From Octopus sinensis (taxonomy: Eukaryota), in contig NC_043004.1 of the NCBI RefSeq assembly GCF_006345805.1, positions 61,690,001-61,754,000 on the forward strand: a stretch of DNA of 64,000 nucleotides, written 5' to 3'. The position numbers and the translations under genes were made by a program. Below are positions 1 to 13,222 of this stretch, in pieces. The notes below the pieces were generated by a model, which did no database searches, was not told the DNA's origin, and worked only from the letters and a program-made list of their open reading frames with translations. Within the stretch, counting starts at the first letter, position 1. Each line of letters starts with the position of its first letter.

Positions 1-105
1 CAGTCCCACTGCGTGGCATCTTGAGGTAGTGTCTTCTGCTATAGCCCCGGGCCGACCAATGCCTTGTGAGTGGATTTGGTAGACGGAAACTGAAAGAAGC
101 CTGTC

Positions 106-173
<68 letters not shown>

Positions 174-347
174 TTTGCTGTGTTTACGTCCCCGTCACCT
201 AGCGGTTCCGCAGAAGAGACCGATAGAATAAGTACTAGGCTTACAATTAATAAGTCCAGGGGTCGATTTGCTCGACTAAAGGCGGTGATCCAGCATGGCC
301 GCAGTCAAATGACTGAAACAAGTAAAAGAGTAAGAGAGTAAAGAGTA
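1..347 (+). mobile_element. tRNA-derived SINE family 1, 5' end cut by window edge, internal (TA)n/(TG)n
   Basis: Matches the complete copy at 42707-43126 (CAGTCCCACTGCGTGGCA...GGATTTGGTAGACGGAAACTGAAAGAAGC...CAGCATGGCCGCAGTCAAATGACTGAAACAAG) and ends in an (AAAGAGT)n-like tail. Confidence 0.9.
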
Positions 348-1195
348 TATTTAAAACATTTAGAAGTTCTGGCAAATGCCTTGTTGAGGTTTTCCGTCTG
401 TATTCAAAGTTCAAGCACCTTCGAGGTTGAATTAAAACTTCATAATTATAGGATTGTGGTTTGGTTATGTAGGTAACTTTTACGTGAATTGGTGTGCCTG
501 TGTGTTGAATGTTCTCTGTGCGAAGGATTTGACTACGGGAACTGTGATCTTTATTTTTGTATATAAATATATATATATATATATATACTTACTATATGAT
601 ATTTTGCTATGTTCTACAGGTTACAGGTTAGCTCTAAAGGGACCGACGTTTTCTTAACAGTTTCAAATCAGACATCTTCCGAATCCTAAAAATAGGTTTG
701 AGTAGGAAGGACATTCTTACTTAGTAGAAAGAAAAGTTAGAGAATTGTCAAAGACAATGAAAAACCGACATGGCCAGCAAAGGTAAGGTCTTCTCTTAAA
801 GAGAGACACTCCAGTGTGATGAAAAGGGGAAGACGTCGCGTAATACTTAAATTAGCTTGAAAGCGTCCCTTTTTTAAGATGGTAGGTTTGAATTTATAGG
901 TGATTTAATATTTATTTGACATTTCTGGCTAGCCTAACTACAACAGAGTCGTTTTTCTTTGTTTCGTTGTGCTGTATTTTATGAGCGAGGAGTTTGTAGC
1001 TACTTAAATATTTTTTATATGAGTTAGTGCTGGTTATATGAATCTCTTCAGCAATAATGCGGCATCATTTTTTTATGTATTCTTGTTATTTGGACATTCT
1101 TTATGAGAATATTTGGATACTTAATGTTGTATTCTTATGTGTCAGAGTATTACTGGCGCATATTTGAACTATCGACCAAATTATTAATGCTATTA

Positions 1196-1247
<52 letters not shown>

Positions 1248-2052
1248 TGAGAATGTGTGTCTGTCTGTCTGTGTGAATCCCCAAAACTTGAGGACTACAC
1301 AACCAATTTCATTCAAATTTTACACATGCCTTACTTAGGGTACTAGGAGTGTCATGGGCAAAAATGTATATGCATGTATATATATGGATGTATATGTATA
1401 CATGTATATGTATAGCTGTATATGTATACATGTATACGTATAGATGTATTTCTATAGATATACATGTATATGTAAACATGTATGTCTAGATATATATATA
1501 TATATATATATATAGATGTACATGTAATATGTAGACATATATATGCATATATATATATATACATGCATATATATATACACCCATACTTACACACAGACAC
1601 ACACCGATTCACACACAGCCTCACACACATATAAATAGGTGCAGGTGTGGCTGTGTGGTAACAAACTTGGTTCCAAATCACATGGTCCTTCGTTCAGTCC
1701 CACTGTGTGGTAACTTGGCATGTGTCTTCTACTATAGCCTGAGACCAACCAAATCCTGGTCTGTGGATTTTGTAGACAGAAACTGAAAGAAATCAATTGT
1801 ATGTATATATGTAAACCTATGTGTGTCTTCGTGTTTCTCCCTCAACACTGCTTCACAACTGGTGTTCGTTTATTTATATCCCCATAACTTACTGGTTTCA
1901 CAAGAAGAAACTGATAGAGTAAGTACCAGGCTTATCAAAATATAAAATGGCACTACGAAGTGTCTCATATTTTTGTTTGCCCACTCAGTTATATCAATCG
2001 ATTTATCTTTGTGTGTGTATGTGTGTGTGTATACATATATATACATATATGT

Positions 2053-2144
<92 letters not shown>

Positions 2145-2639
2145 CATAGTTCTTGAACCGGCACTTCAAGTAACGACGAGGTTAGGGTAACTGACTGCTT
2201 ATTGTGATCATTCGTCTTTTGGCTTCCTGTAGCTTTGCTCTCTTTTACAAACCCAGTGAACATATATTTCCAATTTCAAAGAAATTCAAACAATAGATAT
2301 AAGACCCAAGTTTAAAATATCTTCAACAATTCAACTTCTCTGGTTGAAAGGGGCCTTAACTCTCACATTTTAGAGCTCCATGACCTTCAATTTTAGGAGC
2401 AATATATTTTTAACAGGTTCAAAAACACTGGAATTTAGGAATATGTGCATAAAAATTAGTAGTACGGTATACATGTGGCACGAATACAAATTTTTTAGGG
2501 TGTGTAAAGAGAGAAATAATCCTCATCTGCAATTTGTATGAAATTCGAAACAGATATTCCAGGTCATTACAGAAAATATAATAGAAAAGTCTAATTCTTC
2601 AATTGAATGTAACCGAGCAAAGCCGGGTATCTCTGCTAG
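1196..2639 (+). mobile_element. non-autonomous Helitron-like element with a nested SINE and microsatellites
   Basis: 5' A|TCTATATA...AAAACTGAGAATGTGTGTCTGTCTG; 3' imperfect GC-rich hairpin (ACCGAGCAAAGCCGGGT, 2612-2628) followed by CTAG|T at 2636-2640. Sits at an A|T site with no TSD. That both ends belong to one element is inferred. Confidence 0.65.
1638..1945 (+). mobile_element. diverged SINE family 1 copy nested in the Helitron-like element
   Basis: GGTGCAGGTGTGGCTGTGTGGTAA...GTTCAGTCCCACTG head and body align to the family 1 copies. Confidence 0.8.
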
Positions 2640-2658
2640 TATATATATATATAAATAC

Positions 2659-2907
2659 TATTAATACATAACTATAAGAGGGGATCCACTATGTGGACGC
2701 TCTTACGCTAGATATAGATCCGCAAAGGGATTCAACCACTAACATATATATATGTTCTTTATTTTTCATTTATCCTGCTCGCTTACGTTCTTCGTGTGTT
2801 GAATTATTTCTTGAGAACAATTCTTAGTGGTTGAGTCCCTTTACGGATCTATATCTAGCGTAAGAGCGTCCACATAGTGGATTCTCTATTATAGTTGTGT
2901 ATTAATA
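2659..2907. repeat. long inverted repeat: 84-bp arms (2659-2742 and 2824-2907), 81-bp spacer
   Basis: Arms are reverse complements with about 6 mismatches by manual alignment; adjacent to a (TA)n tract. Confidence 0.9.
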
Positions 2908-3017
2908 TTATTTACTGAAACTCAGTCTTTTATACGCTAGGCCACTGGTGTTTAAATTGGTGTTATTAAATTAATATCCAATTTTTTCACCCTCATTTCG
3001 AATTTAATTATATATAT

Positions 3018-3190
3018 ATATATTAGATTTTCCTTTGGGGCTGGCCAGATCGGAGCAATCTCAAGATTAATCAGCCGAAATTGCGAAGATGATCCGGTTC
3101 TTGACTGAAGATTGAATACTTTGAATACGTGTTTTTTGTATCGTCTTCTAATGTTTTACGTTTTTGTCCCAGTTTGTATTTTTTTACATT

Positions 3191-3192
<2 letters not shown>
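3018..3192 (+). repeat. short (TA)n-flanked interspersed repeat; 3' part recurs at 43877-43968
   Basis: TGACTGAA(G/A)ATTGAA...TTTTTGTATCGTCT...AATGTTTT(A/G)CGTT(T/C)TTGTCCCAGT(T/C)TGTATTTT is shared by both sites, each followed by (TA)n. Confidence 0.7.
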
Positions 3193-3230
<38 letters not shown>

Positions 3231-3292
3231 CTGAATGGAAGAAATGGAGTTGAACGAAGATTGTACAGAATTCCTTTTATTACATTCTACAC

Positions 3293-3403
<111 letters not shown>

Positions 3404-3450
3404 CATATATATATACATATATATATACATATAAATATACATATATATAT

Positions 3451-3498
<48 letters not shown>

Positions 3499-5131
3499 GT
3501 ATATTTATCTGCCTTTATGGAAACAGGTATAAGCGTGTTACCATGCGTATGTATATGAGTTTATATATGTGTGTATGTGCGTGTGTGTGTGTGTGTGTAT
3601 GTGTGTGTGTGTGAGTGTACAATGAGATGGAGATAAGCTGATGGACAATCGGTCAGACAGGCAGAGAGACAGACAGATTGACCGACACGCAGACAGATAC
3701 ATAGATAACGAATTATCATTAAATACAAATACTGGTTTTATTATATATTGTAAAAAATATGTTGAGAATGGAAGTCGAAGTAACAAAACCTAACAATAAA
3801 CTGATATATTCGTTCTTAAAATATTATAGTCAGCAGCAGTGTGTCCGGAGGCAACTGAGCTGTCATAATATATATGGTAAATACTAATTCCGTTCGGATT
3901 TTATAAAATGAAAATTCAACAATGAAAGTCAAGGTGTTTGCAACTTTTATTCGCCGTCACTGTTAAATTTATCGAAGTTCGAAAAGACAACTAGATATAT
4001 CCACCAAAAACCTATTCGGTGTATTAGGGAAGAAGCGTCACTATTGAAACGTTACTTTTAATATTACTGTTGTTGGCTGCAAGAGTCAAATATATTGAAT
4101 CTGTTTTAATAGCTTAAGCAAAGAAATATGTCTCATCTGTGATCTCCAGATAATATTTCCAGCTTGGTTGTTTTGTTTGCTGGATGAGAGTTCGAAGACA
4201 TACTTGCCTACTCTATATTTACTCATCATTTTTAATAGAGACTTTATTAAAATTGGGATTTCAAAATATATTTGAAATCATATTTCTAACCAAATTAGTT
4301 TCTAATTATGTGCGTAAGGCGGGGATTTGGATGCAGTATATAGGAGACATAAGGCAGACCTTATTTACATAAATATATTGACATATACACGTGGGAGTTA
4401 AGATAAAATTTGTTATTTCCAGAACGACATATTTGATTGTACTATTAATCACGTATTCTTTATTTGGTATAGTATTGATTAAAATTTTCCAGGAGATGGG
4501 GATACAGTTAGTGCGTATGCGCCAGATGTGCGTGTGAGTATGTGAGAGCATGTGAATAGTAATCAAAGGATAATGTATGAAGTGTGTCGAATACTGTGCG
4601 TGTGTTGTGTTCCCGAAATTAAGTCCCCTGTCTTTGTAATTTGCCTGATATTACAGTTAAGATGTGTAGCTTTGATGGCACTGCCTTTCTTCATGCAATA
4701 TCATAACACAATGTATTTCTCGATTGACAATGCACGATTCAAAACTTATCCTTAAATTCGGAAGTCCATTTTTACTTTTCCGTCGACATATATGAAGTAT
4801 TCTGCGTTTACCCGAAACATCTACGACGAGCTGTCGTTCGAAAAGCTTAAGAACAACAAAAAATACACAAGTGTTACAAGCATAATGCTGGAAATATAGT
4901 GTAAATCTATGACTTCAAATTGTGTGCGGCTTGTCATCTATAGATATAAAATGAACTCAGAAATAATAGAATTTAAACATTGTATTTTCTCATTAAAATA
5001 TATAAACGTGGACCCACGTCGAAGATCAAACTTATTGTCTCTAGTTCAGAGGAACCTCACATTCCTTGGCTTTCCTTTCGTCCCCTATATTCTGCATACA
5101 AAATATTTCATTGGCAGATGAGAAACACAGG

Positions 5132-5324
5132 TGACGTCATAAAATGACTAGACGAATCATAAACCAGATCATAAGAGATGAAAAGTGTTTGAAGTCATAG
5201 ATTTACACTATATTTCCAGCATTATGATGACGTCATAAAATAACTAGAAGCGTCAAGACCACATCACAATAGATGAAAAGTGTTTTAACTCATATATTTA
5301 CATTGCATTTCCATTATTATGATC
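5132..5324. repeat. diverged tandem duplication, 96-bp unit x2
   Basis: Units start at 5132 and 5228 with TGACGTCATAAAAT and share AGATGAAAAGTGTTT, ATTTACA and ATTTCCA..ATTATGAT. Confidence 0.8.
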
Positions 5325-8016
5325 TCTCATACTCATCAGGTATATATGTAGTACGCGATTGTTTCAAAGCTATTGGCAGCAAAGTCTTTATTAACTACCC
5401 ATGGCAATTATCGTAACCGCAACGATTCGTGGATGAATATATCCAGGAAGAACACCCCTGATGACAATCGGGTATCAAATTGGTCAAATCATAGTGTGAC
5501 TCCATATTAGGAAAAATATTTTCGTTTAGAAAGACTTAGTTATCGGTCAAAATACTTATACTCATCACAATAATCTCACTTCTTAGATTAGTTAAATCTT
5601 GGCAAAGCAAGACTGTAGATGACCAATCTTACTTTCTAGCTAGTCAAATAAACAGCTAACTTTCGCTCTATATTGGGTAATACTGATTGATTGAGATATT
5701 TTCTGTTTACCGATTGCTCCAAATGTTTAAAAGCAATAGCGATTAGCTTAATTACTGCGTAATGTTAAAACAAAGGAACGTGTTCATAAATTAGAAACGT
5801 AAATTATTAAAGCATGATTGTTTTTCCTGCAAACAGTATTGAAAAAACACAAACAAAAAAAACCCACAGAAACTGTATCTCAACAAATGCTGATTGTTTA
5901 AACATCCATTTTATGCGTTAACATACTTCTAATTATCGCAAGACAGCCGCCCTTTAGTTTTCCGCTTCTTATTTTGCTTTTGCAATATGAGACCAAAGTA
6001 AAAATGCAGCAGAACAGTATGTATCTTTCTTTAGTTTATCAGTAAACAATTTAAAAAAGAGAATAAAAATACTGATACCCACTCAATACTACTTTTTAAG
6101 ATATCATACTTTTGAATCTCTTTCGAGGATACTGATTACACTTAAGTCGATGTAAAAGCAATCTATTGAAGCTCACGGCTGAAAACATTTATTTTGAACG
6201 GCCATCCTTTACTCTAGAATTCCTTAAAAAATAATTTAACATATAAAAGAACCTGCATTAAAAGAAAATCTTCTAAACATATTTGTCCAATTTTCATTTT
6301 CTTGCAGCACTTTTAATTTTCTCACTTATCTTAAAACTTTCCTTTCATCTATTGCAGTGTTTCGTTCTGCGAGTCATGTTGGAACTAAATGGCATACTAA
6401 GCATTTATGTGAAAATTGAAATTTTCGTTTAGGTATCAAAAAGCAGATATTGTTAATTACATATTAACAAAATTGTTCTTTCTGAAATATACGATAGCAC
6501 ACCCATATTACTGACGTTTTTCTTTCGTTGAATGTTTATGCATTTTATTTCTTACTGAAAGCAGATCTAGTCCTACTACAAACAATTTTGTATCCAGGAA
6601 ACTAAAAAATTAATTTATATAATTCAGGTCTTGTGGTGTCCCCTTTTTTTAAAATTATAGCAATGATTTAAATTTGTAATTATCTCGGTCACACTGCCTT
6701 CAGCGAACAAGTATTTTTGTATTGCAATACCAGAGATATTATTTTACTGACAAAACGTGCGAAAGAGACAAGTTCATTAGTGATTGTCATTTTCAAAATG
6801 TATCCAATATACACCTCATATGGTTGGTTGTTGAGTTGATATACTACAGAACTTTTATGCTGGTCATTGACATGACAGCTTCCGGATTTGTGTCACTCTG
6901 AAATACGACAAATACAAACTGTGATGGTAATAACGCCGACTAACTCCCTATTACGCACACACGCATCTAGTACACGTTTGTTGGATTTGAGATATCAGCA
7001 TTCAAAACAATCAAATTACAAATCCCGTCAAAAGCCTTGTATGACAAATGTTTACCTATTTTGAAAATGTCAAGATTTAATTTAACTGTGATCTGCGTAA
7101 CATTTTAATGAGAACGGTCGGCCGCATGAACGATCTGTTATATAGGTTTTATAACTCTTATACATCTCTTATTGTTCTTAGATGAGACAACACATTTTTC
7201 AATTTTAAATAACATCTAGTACTATGCACGTATCCAGTAGATTACGTATGACCTAAACAATTAGCAGTTTCATGTGTGATAATTCGAAGTTCAAAACACT
7301 TTATTTCGCCAAGTATTTGAAAACAACGTATATTTGTTTGACAAAAAATAATTATTAGTAATATGTCTAATTGTCAATGGTATATGATTACAGCAACGAT
7401 CGATTTCACCCATACAATATGTCGTAAATATATGCCCTGATATGTATACGCTTAACCATTCTTCCGCCATCCCGTCTCATCGATAGTACTTGGGTGTTCT
7501 GTAGATGCAAAAGAAGTCTGCAACTCCAAAGACAATAATGACGCAGATGGTTTCGAGCATGATGATGACAACGATGAGGATGCTTATAAGTATGATGACG
7601 GTATTGATGGTGATGGGGAAGAGGAAGAGAGTGAAGTACGATGTTCTGTAAGAAGACGTCGTCTTCGTCACCCTCACCTCCCTACTCCTTTTCCACCCCT
7701 TTTACTAATCTTCTCCTAGTCATCTTCCATCATCCCAGCTTTCCTTCACTCTCTCATCGTCTTTACTTCTTCCTCGTTATTCGCTGTATATGTAAGCCAG
7801 TCCGAAATCAATAGACCTATGATCTCGTGCTTTCAAATCGTATGCATCTTGTCTACATATTTGGTTTCGTTTTGAAGTAATACACATCCTGTAGAGCCTT
7901 ATCCAATGTGTCTCTTCACATTCGTGAACCTTCACAGTGGATTCGGAATTATTTATCTCCTGTACTATATATCTCAGGTGGATATTTTAAAAGATCCTAC
8001 GTTCGCACACAATTCG

Positions 8017-8259
8017 ATATTGTCATCATGAGGGTAGAAAGGATAATATTGTTTTTATAGGCGCAGGAGTGGCTGTGTGGTAAGTAGCTTGCTTACCAAC
8101 CAAATAGTTCCGGGTTCATATCCACTGCGTGACACCTTGGGCAGGTGTCTTCTACTACAGCCTCGGAACTATTTGGTTGGTAAGCAAGATACTTACCACA
8201 CAGCCACTCCTGCGCCTATAAAAAAAATATTATTCTTTCTACCCTCATGATGACAATAT
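8017..8259. repeat. fold-back inverted duplication of a SINE head plus flank: 96-bp arms, 51-nt spacer
   Basis: 8017-8112 is the reverse complement of 8164-8259; the arms include about 41 bp of non-SINE flank and the GGCGCAGGAGTGGCTGTGTGG head. Confidence 0.9.
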
Positions 8260-8465
8260 TAATAGCGTTCTGTCTATCGCTATACAAATCCATCATTTTT
8301 TGCTAAAATGTCTTATTGACGAGTTTCGTTTTTTTCACTTTCCCGAGGAGAAGATTGCATAGTTTATACCATTTATTCTTTTGAATAGTATCAGTGTAAT
8401 TTTCGAAACATGTGTCGAAAGTAAAAATATTTGATTACACCTGCGTTAACTCCATTTTTTTATTC

Positions 8466-8469
<4 letters not shown>

Positions 8470-8508
<39 letters not shown>

Positions 8509-8731
8509 CGTGTATGTGTGTGTGTGTGTATTTGTGTGTCTGTTTTTGTCCCTCCAACGTCGCTTGATAACCGATGGTGGTGTGTTTGCGTCCCCATAAA
8601 TACCGATTGAATAAGTACTAGGCTTACAGAGAATAAGTCCTGGGGTCGATTTACTCGACTAAAGGAGGCGGTACTCCAGCATGGCTACAGTCAAATGACA
8701 GAAAAAAGTAAAAGAGTAAGAAAGTAAAAGA
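8470..8731 (+). mobile_element. 3' half of SINE family 1
   Basis: GAATAAGTACTAGGCTTACA...GGGGTCGATTTACTCGACTAAAGG...CAGCATGGCTACAGTCAAATGAC with an AAAGAGT tail. Confidence 0.85.
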
Positions 8732-11700
8732 ATATCGCATTCAAATAACTATTTTCTCACTAGTTTCAATCATTTAAATGCGGCTATCTTGGAGCACTAA
8801 CGTAAATATCATTTTGATTGATTTTTTAACGAAGGCACTTATTTCAGAGTACAGAAATATATCACATTCATTTAGCAGAAGGTCTCAGTGATGATATTTA
8901 AAAGTAAATTCTGATTTTTGAACTGGCAATGTTTGTGAAACACTTTACATACGAAAAGAGAATCTCTCTTACATACATGGAAACTCAGAAGCATGCAAGC
9001 CACATAAATAGGTTTCTAAGTTAGTGTATATACAGAAATGCACACTGCACACACATACACACACACACACACACACACATACACACACACATACACATGC
9101 TTATATATATATATATATATATATATTGTGGGTGTATGTACGCATGTATGCTTATAGAAGGCAATATTTGAAAAAGCTCAATTTCCCAAACAAGACAATC
9201 TCAAGCACGATGTGATAAAAGTGGCACTCCACAGTCACTGTACACTTAATAGAGTTATCAGCGCAACACAAATTGCGAAACCGCTCCTCCTTTGAAATTC
9301 GGGCATTTTTCCCAGGTAGGTGGACCCTGGCAACGTGATACAGAGTGTCTTACTGGAAATTGAACTCACGACTTCAAGATTATGAGCTGAATATCCTAAC
9401 TACTCATAAGGTATGATGTAAGTAATAATTAATCACGTAATCTGTCCGTGTGTATTCTTTGTCAATGTAGACTTCCCCAACATTTTACAACTGTATAATT
9501 CAATATTGTCAACACACGCTCCAACAAAATATAACTCGTAATACTCATGGGAATATATACTATATGTGTATTGAAAAACCCTTACACATATAAAGCACTT
9601 TAAATCTACAAAACACAGCTACAAACCAAAAACTTCGCTATAGTGCTCTAGCTCCTGACATCCCGCAGCAGCAACACTTCTATCTAACCACGTTTACTGC
9701 ATTTTATTATCAATAACAGATGCGAATAGAAAAGGGAAAATTCAGCTTTTCTAGTTTTTGAATTATGCATTAATGCACGCTGCTGATTATAATTTCAGAA
9801 ATGGATTTCTGTTGTTTTCACTCTGTAATAGTTACACTTTTATGTTACATTAATTAAAATAAGTACTATATATCTTTTCTCCTGTTACTACTTCTTTTTC
9901 AGAAACCTATATATTTTTTTCAGAAGTCAGATACATTTTTTGCTTCATTTTTTAGCGCTACTATATTACTTTATACTACGTATTTCACGAATCAATATTG
10001 CTACGGAATACAATTAAGTGTTGCATCAAAAATCAACAGGAGCCGTGTACATTAGGTTAATGATATCGATGCCAGAGTCACCAGAATGGCGTAAACAGAC
10101 ACAAATCAAAGGAGAAAAAAAAAAACATGAAGTTATAAAATCTTAATCGAAATTCATTTACATTATGACCGTTGATAATATCAAAATGCAGTTGTAACAA
10201 CAACAACAACAACATCAACATCAACGGCTAAAAGAGCAACAACAATAACAACAACAAAACAATAACAAAAACAACAATAAATTTCTGTAGAAAGGATCGA
10301 GTGACATGAATATTAATTACATGTTTCTCGGAATACTTTAATTGTGTGTATATATGTGTGTGTGTGTGTATGTGTGCGTCTGTGTGTGTCTGCGTGTGTG
10401 TGTCTGTGTGCGTGTTTGGCTTTGCGTATGCGTATGCATGTGTGTATGTTTATGTATGTATATATATGTGTGGGTGTATGAATATATATATATATATATG
10501 TTTGTATGTATGAATGCATATAGATGTATGTGTAATATATGCATGTATATATACATATACATATGGTTGTTTGCGTGTATACATAGTACAGTATATGTAT
10601 GAATATATGGGGCTATATATTGGTATACGATTGTTTAGGCATACGAGTATGTATACGAATGAATTTACAATCCCAAATGTAAAGTTATATTAGAAATGAT
10701 TTCTACAGACTTTCGTGAATAAATGTTTAAGTAAACACCGACAATCTTACGTATTGATCTATCGCGAAGATTTAGTAATTTATGATATGTATAGCAGGAT
10801 ATGATTACCATATATAATGTAGATAGGAGACGAACATATACGCTTTAGATAAGTGCTGCATAATGCAAAGAGAAGAGAATAAATTGACAAATCATACACA
10901 GATATTATTAGTTGAACCGTTAATGAATTCCTATTGTTTAAAATACGTATTTTCATAGCCTACATATATCATTAAACAGGTAGCCAATCAGATTTGCTTC
11001 CTGTTGGTGTTTGTCGTCGTTTTGCTTATTCAGTGTTTGCACATATACCTATCTATAATACTGTCAATAAGTCGGCAAATAAGGAAATTCAGTTAAATGC
11101 TTTTCAGGTTTATGTGTCATCTAAATTTAAATTACATGTAACGTTTTTTTCTTATCTCTAACAATTGCTTTCTTGATGAATAAGTATTAATACATTTGTT
11201 TCAATTCATCGGTTTTACTCTACTCTCTATTCCTGTCGCTATTTCTCTATCTCTCTGCCTAATGTTCACTATATTACACTTGTTCATCTGTAGAACAACA
11301 TTAAGTTTAGTAGTGTCTGTGGAATACTCTGGCACTTCTGAGCTATTCAGTTGTCCACACAATTCAGTACATCATCAAGACCAAAGAATGCTAATAAAAA
11401 CATCTGAAATGTTTATATAAATGCATTCAGATGTTTGTATAATTGCGTCCACCGAATTTATTCTGGTAAATTAGGCATCCAAAATTGATTTTCAAGTAGA
11501 CCATCTCACACATGCAATGCCCAGAAAATATTTCGAACCATAGCGTGTCACAAGGCAGCCTTTTGAACTATAATTTCTTTTTAAGGCATTCCACACAACG
11601 CCCGTAGATCAACTTTTTACTTACATGATTTTGGTCAACACGAGATAGTGATGTTTCTTAATTTAGCAATAGACGACCTATAATCTCTAATTATCTGACA

Positions 11701-12149
11701 TCAACTAATTGGAGAAAAATACTTTACTAATTCATAAGAAAGAAAGCGAAACTAATTACACAATATCAATGGAAATTGAATTTATGCCCCCCCAAAAAAA
11801 ACAAAACCAAACAACACAAATAGAGAGAGGGAGAGTAAGGTGATATTCTTCCTGCGCTAACTTAGATGTGTATTTTGTGTTTCAGATAAATAATTTAGCT
11901 AATTTCGTTCTGGTATTTCAGACTTCATTCTCCTTCATTGTCTCCATAGAATGGAATACACAATTATTCGTCGTTTACCTAACAAGAAATCCCCAAAACA
12001 CGACGGACGTTTGTGTAAGGAATGAGCAAATTCATTTGATACAGTTATATAAGGCGTCAAATGGAGTAAAATTATACAGGCTACGTATATATCTGAACGA
12101 ACTCTTGCCACGTATGTTTTATCAATTATTTTGGGCTTGATTAAATTAT

Positions 12150-12318
12150 TGGTATGCAGTCATAGTAGGACACTGCCTTGTAGCATTTAGCCGAGAAAAT
12201 CGTCCCCAGTGTTTTTAAAGTCAGCTTAATACTCTATCGGTTTCTAATGCCAACGTATTAAATTATGATGGAGGAAAGAAATTCAACATCACATGTCAAG
12301 CGGCGATACAGACACACA

Positions 12319-12320
<2 letters not shown>
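12150..12320 (-). mobile_element. old, diverged SINE family 1 3' fragment
   Basis: Weak colinear similarity to the reverse complement of the family 1 3' half (GCAGTCAT...ACTGCCTTG...TCTATCGG...TGTCAAGCGG). Confidence 0.45.
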
Positions 12321-12355
<35 letters not shown>

Positions 12356-12769
12356 CACAACACACACATATACATACCTACATACAAACATTCATACATA
12401 CATATACTTGAAATGTATTATTAATAATTTATTAGCCATCTCTTTTGTTGCTGGCTAACCTTTTGCCACATTATTTCAATAGATAGACAGACAGAAAAAA
12501 CAAAAGGATTCCACAACGTTCCATTTGTGAGTTAAATGTCAGCTTGGTACTATAGAAGTCACCGGCTCGAACTAGTGCAGTGTGTGAATCTGGCTGTAAA
12601 GCGAGATTCTTGACCACCCCTCCAAGTCTGCATTACACAAACTAGAAGAAATTGCTAATGTTTTATTTGAAACATTCTGTACAGACACACACACACTCAC
12701 ACACACACACACACACGCACACACACACACACACACCACACACACACCCACACACACACAACCACACAC

Positions 12770-12807
<38 letters not shown>

Positions 12808-12809
12808 AT

Positions 12810-12988
12810 TATATAGAAGGAGGGCTTCTACAGGACTAGAACGTTTCATCATTCCAGAGAAATCTTCAGGAGCTTCCTGAAGATTTCTCTTGAATGAAAC
12901 AGTTCTAGTCCTGTAGAAGCTCCTTCTATATATAAATTAATTTTACTCTGCTATGTATTGAGTACCTTATTTACCCCCGGACCTACAT
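12810..12988 (+). mobile_element. (TA)n-embedded fold-back mini-element (about 60-bp arms, 3-nt centre, unique 3' tail), probably a PLE terminus
   Basis: 12810-12871 is the reverse complement of 12875-12932; unique tail 12933-12988; (TA)n on both sides. Confidence 0.8.
12869..12923 (+). ncRNA. type-I hammerhead ribozyme-like motif with a weak stem II
   Basis: Stem I GGAGCTTC/GAAGCTCC (8 bp), CTGAAGA core, stem II TTC/GAA with U10.1-U11.1 mismatch, GAAA, stem III ACAG/CTGT, GUA cleavage triplet (cut after 12915). Confidence 0.6.
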
Positions 12989-13153
12989 ATTATATATATA
13001 TATATATATATAAGATATATATATATATATATAAATAAATTAAAAAACACCCTTTTGCAATTCAAATGGACAATTAAAAATACATTTAGTATTTCTAAAT
13101 TGAATTTTTTTCCAGTGTAATTTTGGATTGTATTTCCTCAATAATATAATAAT

Positions 13154-13222
<69 letters not shown>

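Noticed and set aside
348-1195. possible decayed PLE 3' region
   Set aside because: No translatable motif or complete ribozyme fold that I can support by eye.
3101-3135. CTGAAGA in the (TA)n-flanked repeat shared with 43877-43968
   Set aside because: Followed by GAAT rather than GAAA, and neither copy can form stems I and II.
5450-5495. CTGATGA hammerhead-like core
   Set aside because: No GAAA or stems downstream.
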